Shown piece after piece: positions 56,583-64,000 of a DNA stretch of 64,000 nt. The first letter of the stretch is position 1. Every line of letters starts with the position of its first letter. Under the pieces are notes generated by a model. That model saw only the letters and a program-made list of their open reading frames with translations. It made no database searches and was not told the origin of the DNA. Source of the stretch: a bacterium (GTDB taxonomy: Bacteria; Bacillota_I; Bacilli_A; RF39; UBA660); NCBI GenBank assembly GCA_029100545.1, contig JAQXPH010000021.1:10613-74612 (forward strand), in the 5' to 3' direction. The position numbers and the translations under genes were made by a program.

Positions 56583-57980
56583 TTAAAATCTAAAATATAA
56601 AAATGGATTAGTTGAATCACTAATTATAAATGCAGTACATAAAATTAATAATATAATATAAAAAATTGGTTCTAAAAAATTAATTGCTTTATTAATTTTT
56701 TTATTTTCTTTTAATTTGTTAATTACATTTTTTAAAAGTGGTGTAGATGCAATAATACTTATTATTAAAACAAATAAATAATTTACAAAATAATATAAAG
56801 TTTGGGAATTTATAAAAGATATATTATTAAATCCAAACATATTTTTAAATGCCAATAAAAGCCCTGTTAATGAATCATTATAAAACATTACAAAACCTAT
56901 TACTACAACTATATTTGTCCATAATAAACCAATAATTTTATGCTTATCAAAAAAGTTTAATAAAAACTTTTTTTCAATTATTAAGATAATTCCAAAATAT
57001 AAACCCCATAATAAAAAACAATAACTTGCTTTATGCCATAAACCTGTTAATAACCAAACGATTAATATATTTAAATATTTTCTAATATTATTAACTTTAT
57101 TTCCTCCAAGTGAAATATAAATATAATCTTTAAACCAATTAGTTAATGAAATATGCCATTTGCGCCAAAATTTTGTAAGTGAATTTGTCCAAAAAGGATA
57201 ATCAAAGTTTTCTAAAAAATGAAAACCTAACATTAAACCAAGGCCTATTGACATATCACTATAACCAGAAAAATCAAGATAAAGTCTTAGAATATCTGAT
57301 ATAGCTTTAAGCCATGCTGAAATAATAGTTTGATTTTCAATAAGAGTTAAACTTTGAATAAATTTTCCTAGTACATCTGCTAGTAAAACTTTTTTAGAAA
57401 GTCCAATTACAAAACGACTAATTCCTTTAGAAAACATTTTAAAAGACATATTTCTTTTTTCAATTTCATTTTGAACATCATTATATCTAATAATTGGTCC
57501 TTGAACTAAAGTACAAAACATACTTAAATAAGTTGCATAATATATAATATTTTTTGCACTTTTTGTTTTTTCCTTATATACATCAATTAAATAACTTGCA
57601 TTTTTAAATGTAAAGAAACTTATTCCTAAAGGTATTAGAATATTCAATAAAGATATGTTAGTTTTAAATAATAGATTTATATTTTCAATAAAAAAATTAT
57701 AATATTTAAAATAAAATAAAACTAAAAAATTTATAGTTAAACCAATTATTAAATAAAATTTTCTTTTTTTATCTTTATTTTTTTCAATTAACTTACTTAT
57801 AAAATAGTTAAATATTATAGAAAAAATAAATAATAAAAAATATCTTACTTCACCATAAAAATAAAATATTAAACTACTTATAAGTAATACTATATTTTTA
57901 TATTTTTTTGGAGCAAATATATATAATATTAACATAATTGGCAAAAAATAATATATAAATGTAATACTAGAAAATACCAT
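56583..57980 (-). CDS. MBOAT-family membrane O-acyltransferase (AlgI/DltB/PatA-like)
   Basis: MVFSSITFIYYFLPIMLILYIF, FWRKWHISLTNWFKDYIY, LLTGLWHKAS (conserved His). Confidence 0.88.
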   Translation of the reverse strand: MVFSSITFIYYFLPIMLILYIFAPKKYKNIVLLISSLIFYFYGEVRYFLLFIFSIIFNYFISKLIEKNKDKKRKFYLIIGLTINFLVLFYFKYYNFFIENINLLFKTNISLLNILIPLGISFFTFKNASYLIDVYKEKTKSAKNIIYYATYLSMFCTLVQGPIIRYNDVQNEIEKRNMSFKMFSKGISRFVIGLSKKVLLADVLGKFIQSLTLIENQTIISAWLKAISDILRLYLDFSGYSDMSIGLGLMLGFHFLENFDYPFWTNSLTKFWRKWHISLTNWFKDYIYISLGGNKVNNIRKYLNILIVWLLTGLWHKASYCFLLWGLYFGIILIIEKKFLLNFFDKHKIIGLLWTNIVVVIGFVMFYNDSLTGLLLAFKNMFGFNNISFINSQTLYYFVNYLFVLIISIIASTPLLKNVINKLKENKKINKAINFLEPIFYIILLILCTAFIISDSTNPFLYFRF

Positions 57981-58175
57981 AACTTCACCTAACTATTAAT
58001 CTATAAATATTTTATCATTTTATAATTTATTTTCATATTTGATAATAAGAAATTTTACTAACTATTTACAATAAAGTTTTAAATTTTTTACAACTATAAT
58101 ACTTTACTTTATATACATTATTTCATAAAAAAAGAGTTTTAATTAAACCCTTATATTATTAATTAGTAGTGCAAA

Positions 58176-58328
58176 TCAGTACTTCAATTTTTTCTTCAAA
58201 TCTGTCCAATACCTTTTAGGTATATTACTTTCTGTTAATGCACTAATAACATCAACTACACTAAAATAGTAATCTTCTTTTTCACTATCCAAAATACTTT
58301 GTATTTTCAAATAAATTTGTAATAGTAT
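58176..58328 (-). pseudogene. fragment of a Bro-N/KilA-N-type (phage antirepressor-like) DNA-binding protein gene
   Basis: An open frame without an ATG reads ...IQSILDSEKEDYYFSVVDVISALTESNIPKRYWTDLKKKLKY*. The YFSVVDVI..LT...NP..YW..LK..L pattern belongs to longer proteins, so this copy is truncated. Confidence 0.4.
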
Positions 58329-58469
58329 CTATTTTATTTCCTTTCAAAATTCTACCTTTTTTTTGTTATTTTTTGTACTAAGGCGTTATGTGTTATTACC
58401 TTAGCTTACTCATATTGCTACAAGTCTTCCCCTTTCATTCCACGTACTATGCGAGGTAGGCTCTAATAT

Positions 58470-59294
58470 TTATTTCCAAACAAGATTATATCTTAAATTT
58501 CTTAAAAATAAATCCCATATATTTGCTTTTTTAACATCTTCTTTTACTGTTATATCTACTTCATTAATTATTTTATTATCTTCATTTAATATTTGTACTT
58601 TTCCTATTACATTTCCTTTTTTTACTGGAGCAACTATTTTTTCTATATCTATTTTAAAATTATATTTACTTACTTTATCGTTTACATTTAAAAGTTCTAT
58701 TGCATCATTTACAAGTACTACATCTACATATTCTTTTTTACCTTTTTCTACTTTAACTTTTCCTAATACTTCTTTTTTATCTTTTATTAAATTTACTTTA
58801 TATGTATTAAATCCATAATTTAAAAGTTTTACTGTATCTTGACTTCTTTTTTCAATTGATTCTTCTCCCATTACAACACTTATTAATCTTAAATTATTTT
58901 TCTTCGCTGTTGCGGTTAAACAATAACCTGCTTTTGCTGTATATCCTGTTTTAAGTCCATCTACTCCATCATAAAATCTTACCAGTTTATTTGTATTAAC
59001 AAGCCATATTTGTGAACCATCAGGTTTTTGTAAATATTCTTCATAAACTTTTGTATAATCTAATATTTTTTCATATTTTAAAAGTTCTTTTGCCATAATA
59101 CCCATATCATAACTTGAAGAATAATGATTTTCATCATCAAGGCCATGAACGTTGACAAAATGTGTATTTTTTAGATTTAATTTCTCTGCTCTTTTATTCA
59201 TCGCTTCAATAAAAGATTCTTTAGATCCATAAGTTTTTTCTGCAAGAGCAACTACTGCATCTATCGCTGTTACTAAAAAGCAGTAAAAAAGAGT
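58470..59294 (-). pseudogene. 3' two-thirds of a D-alanyl-D-alanine carboxypeptidase (PBP5/DacB/DacF-type) gene; the 5' part is absent
   Basis: ...DAVVALAEKTYGSKESFIEAMNKRAEKLNLKNTHFVNVHGL, KTG box GLKTGYTAKAG, and the C-terminal domain are present. The signal peptide and SxxK motif are absent, and the frame is closed by TAA codons at 59296-59304. Confidence 0.75.
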
Positions 59295-60906
59295 TTAAAT
59301 TTAAGCTGCTACCCGCACCAAGTATATTAAGTTTAAAATGTAACATTACTTTATGAACGTTATCATCTTCTAGTCTTTCAACATATATAGTATCTATTAT
59401 ACTTCCAAATATTCTAAATACTCCCTCATCATCAACTAAAATTATACTTTTTATTTTTTTATAAAAATTATCTATACTATCTTTATAATTATCTTCTTTT
59501 GAAACCAAAAAATAATCATTCTTTTTCTTTTCTAGAATATCTAAATCAAAATTATATTTTTCTCTTCCAATATTATATTCTTCACTATCTATTTCTTTTC
59601 TAGCTCTCATATTAATTAGTTCTGCCTTAGCACTTTTGATATCTTCTATTTTTTTATCTATATCATTTATTTCTTTAATATAATCTTTATTAACCATTGT
59701 TTCACTTATTACATCATATATTTCTTTTATAATTTCACTTTCTTTATTTAAGAAAATACTCGCCATTTTTTTAAATATATCTAGTAATTCTTCGTAATGA
59801 ATTATTGGTGTATTACAACCATTTACTTTTTCTTTACCATATTTTCTATAATTAGAACACCCCCAATATTTACTCATCAAACCTGTTCTTTTATTCTTAT
59901 AACCACCTTTTATAAAAGTTGCTCCATCATGATAACATTTAATCTTACCAGATAGAGCATATCTCATATCTGTTCTAGTATTTGTTTTGTGTTTATGAGA
60001 ATTCTTATCCAATATCTCATTGCATTTTTTCCATAGTTCTTCCGATACAATTGGTGGACAACTCTCATTATCTTTATATACAATCCATTCATCTGGCTTA
60101 AATCTTATTCTTTTTCTTGAATGATAATCAACAGTAGTTTCTTTATGAGCACAAAAATATCCTTTATATTTTGGATTTCTAATAATTCTTCCAATTACAG
60201 TTCCAGCAAGTGGTTTATTAGTTTTACTCTTTATATTATATTTATCAAATAAATAATGACCTAGTTTAGATGTTCCCATATATTCTTTACTATATTCATT
60301 AAAGATTAATCTTATTAGTTCTGCTTCTTCTTCTACTATCTCTAACTTACCTTTATTTTTTTTATAACCATAAAAATTATCATTACCAGGAACTACTCCT
60401 TTTTCAATACTTCTTTTATATCCAAATCTAATTCTTTCTGATAATTTTCTTATTTCATCTTGAGCAATAGATGACATAATAGTTAAACGAAGTTCCGAGT
60501 CTGAATCAAATGTGTTTATATTATCATTTAAGAAAAATACACCTACATTATTAAATAATAATTCTTGCGTGTATTTTATACTATCAACAGTATTTCTTGA
60601 AAATCTTGATATTTCTTTTGTTAGTATTAAATTAAATTTACCTTTTTTAGCATCATTAATCATTTTAAGAAAATTATCACGTTTATTTACACTAGTACCT
60701 GATATACCTTCATCTACATAACCAGGAACAAATGTCCAATTATCTTGTCTTTTTATATAATTTTCAAAATACATAACTTGATTTTCTAATGAATTCAATT
60801 GTTCTTCATGATCTGTTGACACACGAGCATAAAATGTAACACGAAGTGGTAGTTCAATAAGTTTTTTACCAGTAGCTAAAATATTTCTAATTTGATACAA
60901 ATTCAT
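59221..60906 (-). CDS. large serine recombinase
   Basis: Resolvase domain FYARVSTDHEEQLNSLENQ and SRFSRN, recombinase domain, Cys-rich zinc ribbon (KCYHDG...GCSNYRKYGKEKVNGC), coiled coil. The last ~30 codons run into dac-derived DNA. Confidence 0.9.
   Translation of the reverse strand: MNLYQIRNILATGKKLIELPLRVTFYARVSTDHEEQLNSLENQVMYFENYIKRQDNWTFVPGYVDEGISGTSVNKRDNFLKMINDAKKGKFNLILTKEISRFSRNTVDSIKYTQELLFNNVGVFFLNDNINTFDSDSELRLTIMSSIAQDEIRKLSERIRFGYKRSIEKGVVPGNDNFYGYKKNKGKLEIVEEEAELIRLIFNEYSKEYMGTSKLGHYLFDKYNIKSKTNKPLAGTVIGRIIRNPKYKGYFCAHKETTVDYHSRKRIRFKPDEWIVYKDNESCPPIVSEELWKKCNEILDKNSHKHKTNTRTDMRYALSGKIKCYHDGATFIKGGYKNKRTGLMSKYWGCSNYRKYGKEKVNGCNTPIIHYEELLDIFKKMASIFLNKESEIIKEIYDVISETMVNKDYIKEINDIDKKIEDIKSAKAELINMRARKEIDSEEYNIGREKYNFDLDILEKKKNDYFLVSKEDNYKDSIDNFYKKIKSIILVDDEGVFRIFGSIIDTIYVERLEDDNVHKVMLHFKLNILGAGSSLNLNSFLLLFSNSDRCSSCSCRKNLWI
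59294..59337. other. candidate att site (hybrid attL/attR) of the recombinase element
   Basis: Imperfect inverted repeat TTTAAATTTAA-22 nt-TTAAGTTTAAA (10/11 match) located exactly where dac homology ends. Confidence 0.35.
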
Positions 60907-60924
60907 AGTTCTTAATACCTCCTT

Positions 60925-61125
60925 CTAAATTGGAATTTTAACTATTATATTTTTTACATCTTTATCCTTTTCTTGTAATTTTTTTAGTTTATTAATATCT
61001 TCTTCCAACTTCTTGATAATACTACTTGTATTTGCAAAATAAATTAAACCTTTGCTACAAAGTTCATTCAGTAACTCTTTTTGTATCATTTTTTTTGCAA
61101 TTAGGGTCTCAGGATTATTATCCAA
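60925..61125 (-). CDS. small hypothetical protein upstream of the recombinase (66 aa, TTG start)
   Basis: GAGGAGGAG RBS. Helical and charged (LIAKKMIQKELLNELCSKGLIYF...). It could be a regulator or a directionality factor, but there is no family evidence. Confidence 0.45.
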   Translation of the reverse strand: MDNNPETLIAKKMIQKELLNELCSKGLIYFANTSSIIKKLEEDINKLKKLQEKDKDVKNIIVKIPI

Positions 61126-61162
61126 GTTTTCTCCTCCTCATTTAAACTTATTAGAATAAATG

Positions 61163-61190
61163 AAAAAAAGAACTCATAACTCAGAGTTCT
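61163..61190 (-). terminator. rho-independent terminator of the PfkB-SIS operon
   Basis: The minus strand reads AGAACTC-8 nt-GAGTTCT followed by T7. Confidence 0.65.
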
Positions 61191-61249
61191 ACAAATTAAT
61201 CTCATTTTTATATTTTAATACTTATATAAATGTTCTCCTAAATAATTGA

Positions 61250-63205
61250 TTATAAATCACCTTTATAAAAATATATTTTCATAGCGTTTTCAGAATAATT
61301 AGGTTTTGAAACATCAATGTTGAGAAACTTTCCAATATAATAAATGATAAATTGTGAAGCAATCAACAAATCAAATTCTGCCAAAATACCATCATAATTA
61401 CTTTCAATTATAACATTATTATCTCCCAAATATTTTAATAACTCTTGTTCATACTTTGTTGTTGATTTTTGCTTAAAATATATAGAAATAGAATTATTTA
61501 AGTTTTCATAATTAATAAACCTTCCATGCGAAAAATTCTTCTTTTCATGAATTATACAATTGAATATACCAGATTCAATAATTTTGCTTTCTAAATCATA
61601 ACAAGCTGTATCAGTATAATCACCACGAAACAAATTTAGTGTCCCATGTTCTTTTATATTTATTATTATATCTTTAGTTATTACACTTTCTATTTTTTCA
61701 TTCCAATAATTAATTGACTTTTTTATAAAATTTTCAATATTAATACTATAATTAGTTTTTTCAAGATAGTGTTTTAAGAAGATTACTGCTGGAGCAACTG
61801 CACCTTCAAATGATAAAAATCCACGTTCTTTACCTTTATTGGAAGAAGTTCTATAACTTAAAATATTCTTTTTTAGAATTCCTGTTTTTAATACAATATT
61901 TTGTAATTCTCCTTTAGTAACAATATATATTTTTTTCTTATCTAAATCTTTGACACTTGTAATAATATCGTTTGTTGTACCAGAGTATGAAAATAATACA
62001 ACTTTATTTATATTATTATTATTTCTATATAAAACATCTCTTGGATACATTGAATATGTATTGCATCCGTATAATAAATTTATAATTTTAGCGGAAAAAT
62101 ATGATCCAGCATATGAACCACCAGTTCCAATAAATAAACAATTATCATTTTCATTAAAAGAAATATCTTCAATTTTACTGCTTGCTGAAGAATTGACTGC
62201 ATTGATAATTCTTGTTTCGAGATTGTTAATATTTATATTACATCGTTTGATTTTTTTTCTTTCATTATATATGAAATTATTACAAGTACATTCATTATCT
62301 ATCTTTTTAACTTTAAATAGAGAATTAATGTGGCCCCTTGCTCCCATTTTGGAAACAACTTTAGCTGTTAGTTTGTTTGAGTTTTCATACCATTTTTCAA
62401 ACATATCTTGATCATAAACAAAATTATTTTTTATACAATCTTTTATTATGCTAGAGATAAACGCATCACCAGCGCCAGTAGAGTCTACAACTTTTCCTTT
62501 GCTTTTTAAGTTAAAATTGTATTCTTTTCCATCGCTAATAAAAGTAGCACCATTTTCTCCACGCGTAATAGTCATAAAATTTGGTTTTAAAATATTATAT
62601 AAATCTATATTAGTATTTAAATCTAATCTTTTTATTAAATATTTTGATACTCTTTCATTAAAATTAATAATTTCAAACTTGTTTTTTATCTTATCTATTA
62701 TTTCTTTATCAGACATATTTTCTAATTCAAAATATTGCCCTAAATCAATTATTTTTTTATTACGAGTTTTATCAATCAATATTTGATTTCTACTATTTAA
62801 ATTATCAAATACTAAAATATCATCATTATTAATTTTTTTTATAATATCATCTGTATCAATCAAACTATCTTCATACCACTTTTTATTATTACAAAAAGGG
62901 CATCTTTTTTTTGAAGTAAATGATAATTTATCTTCGTTATCAAAGTATGATACGTGAAAGCATCTTGTTCTCACATCATCTAAAACTACAATATTATTTG
63001 TATCAACATCCAATTTTTCAAGACTTTTAATTGCTATTTCACCTTGCATATCATTACCACATGTACCAAACACTGCAGTATTAATACCCATTTTTGCTAA
63101 ATTAGCAATGATATTGTGAGAAGTCATCCCACCATTTATTCCTAAAAACTTTTCGTTTTTATAATAATAATCTGTTACTAAATCACCTATACTAACTACT
63201 CTCAT
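61250..63205 (-). CDS. fusion protein: PfkB-family carbohydrate kinase (with a Cys-containing insert) plus a SIS phosphosugar-binding domain
   Basis: N-half INGGMTSHNIIANLAKMG, TRGENGATF, DSTGAGDAF. Insert RCPFCNNKKW. C-half LFIGTGGSYAGSYFSA, VVLFSYSGTTNDII. Confidence 0.8.
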   Translation of the reverse strand: MRVVSIGDLVTDYYYKNEKFLGINGGMTSHNIIANLAKMGINTAVFGTCGNDMQGEIAIKSLEKLDVDTNNIVVLDDVRTRCFHVSYFDNEDKLSFTSKKRCPFCNNKKWYEDSLIDTDDIIKKINNDDILVFDNLNSRNQILIDKTRNKKIIDLGQYFELENMSDKEIIDKIKNKFEIINFNERVSKYLIKRLDLNTNIDLYNILKPNFMTITRGENGATFISDGKEYNFNLKSKGKVVDSTGAGDAFISSIIKDCIKNNFVYDQDMFEKWYENSNKLTAKVVSKMGARGHINSLFKVKKIDNECTCNNFIYNERKKIKRCNININNLETRIINAVNSSASSKIEDISFNENDNCLFIGTGGSYAGSYFSAKIINLLYGCNTYSMYPRDVLYRNNNNINKVVLFSYSGTTNDIITSVKDLDKKKIYIVTKGELQNIVLKTGILKKNILSYRTSSNKGKERGFLSFEGAVAPAVIFLKHYLEKTNYSINIENFIKKSINYWNEKIESVITKDIIINIKEHGTLNLFRGDYTDTACYDLESKIIESGIFNCIIHEKKNFSHGRFINYENLNNSISIYFKQKSTTKYEQELLKYLGDNNVIIESNYDGILAEFDLLIASQFIIYYIGKFLNIDVSKPNYSENAMKIYFYKGDL

Positions 63206-64000
63206 TTTAATAATCTCCTTTGTTTGCTTTTATTATCACAAAAATCTTTTAAATTACCGCCATTTTTATATTGTTCAATAATAGGAATTAAATTATTTGT
63301 TAAATATATCAATTCGTCTTGAAATCTTTTTGCTTTTTCGGTTAAAGGTTTATTAAAGTAATTTTCTTTAATCCACATATCTACTTCATTTATCCAAACC
63401 GTTATTAGTGAAAGAAAAATATCATTATCTTGTATACTAAGTTCTTTATCATATCCTAATATAAAAGAATTCATCTTATTATAATTAATACAATCATACT
63501 CAAAACAATATGACATAATAATTCTTCCAACATCAAGAAGTGGTGAATTTACTCTAACTAATTCAAAATCTAAAATATGTGGAATTTCACCATCAAAAAG
63601 AATATTGTCATCAGCAAAATCACCGTGGGTTACAGCAATTGGTATTTCATTAATTATGCTTTTATCTTTTAAGCATCTTAATCCTTTGCCTTGTACTGAT
63701 AATAACTCTAAGTATTCATCACTTACTTCACCTATTTTATTAGATATTTTATTTTGATAGTTATTAAATAATTTTTCAATGGATGGAAGTTTTAAATATT
63801 CACCAATATATTTTGAACTATCAACATTTTTAAAAAGCAAATGCATTTTTGCACATTCTTGTCCTAATTTATGCAATTGCTCATTACTAATATATTCTCT
63901 AGGAACATATATACCACTTATGTAATCAATAATAGCAACTCTATATCCATTATATACAAATACCAATTTATTATCGTGTGTTAAATTAATCTTTTCACAA
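63202..64000 (-). CDS. APH/CotS-type phosphotransferase (kinase fold), N-terminus beyond the window edge
   Basis: HGDFADDNILFD (Brenner motif) and ILDFELV. The frame stays open upstream of the listed TTG to position 64000 (…CEKINLTHDNKLVFVYNGY). Its stop overlaps the PfkB-SIS ATG (ATGA). Confidence 0.75.
   Translation of the reverse strand, partial: CEKINLTHDNKLVFVYNGYRVAIIDYISGIYVPREYISNEQLHKLGQECAKMHLLFKNVDSSKYIGEYLKLPSIEKLFNNYQNKISNKIGEVSDEYLELLSVQGKGLRCLKDKSIINEIPIAVTHGDFADDNILFDGEIPHILDFELVRVNSPLLDVGRIIMSYCFEYDCINYNKMNSFILGYDKELSIQDNDIFLSLITVWINEVDMWIKENYFNKPLTEKAKRFQDELIYLTNNLIPIIEQYKNGGNLKDFCDNKSKQRRLLK

Larger units (their letters stand above)
59294..64000. mobile_element. integrated element (prophage, IME or sporulation-gene intervening element), left end only; continues beyond the window
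   Basis: The recombinase gene abuts the truncated dac gene, and the cargo genes to the right are unrelated to dac. The other end is not in the window. Confidence 0.5.

Noticed and set aside
58380-58469. Resemblance to group II intron domain V (GAGCC...CGCA..GTACG on the minus strand) and to the Mn2+ yybP-ykoY riboswitch (AAAGGGGAAGAC)
   Set aside because: The sequence does not fold into the 34-nt D5 hairpin. It lacks the other conserved riboswitch blocks, and the downstream genes do not fit either.

Overview
This 64-kb window is visibly very AT-rich and reads like a chromosomal segment of an anaerobic, endospore-forming low-GC Firmicute. It uses the standard bacterial code: TGA acts as a stop (e.g. 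murB) and Trp is TGG. There are about 70 protein genes, mostly on the minus strand, tightly packed and often translationally coupled. Housekeeping content: tRNAs (Thr; a Ser-fMet-Asp-Phe operon; Leu; Arg), lysS, alaS, serS with a Ser T-box leader, rpsU, miaB, dusB, queH and nrdDG. Cell-envelope content: ftsQ-murB-murG, murC, murD, an LtaS-family gene, DUF368, GT2-TPR, an MBOAT/DHHW/SGNH O-acylation module, and a class B sortase with an NPETG substrate. Sporulation and germination content: a yutH/yutD/yunB-like neighbourhood, spoIIIAH-gerE-gerM, and spoIIAA-sigF-spoVAC-spoVAD-spoVAE preceded by Spo0A boxes. Accessory content: a two-peptide double-glycine bacteriocin locus with a C39-ABC exporter, an SOS-type Y-family polymerase/YolD pair, several gene remnants, and at the right edge a large-serine-recombinase element. 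That element interrupts a D-Ala-D-Ala carboxypeptidase gene and carries a PfkB-SIS fusion plus an APH/CotS-like kinase. The observations most worth a second look are: (1) the bacteriocin pair, one ORF of which is absent from the ORF track; (2) the split dac gene with a candidate att site; (3) spoIIAA abutting sigF with no spoIIAB and Asp at the phospho-serine position; (4) a sortase B fused to a ~270-aa cytoplasmic domain; (5) a 14 x 36-bp in-frame tandem repeat in a tail-anchored protein. All functional calls come from reading motifs in the translations by eye. No database search or folding computation was run.
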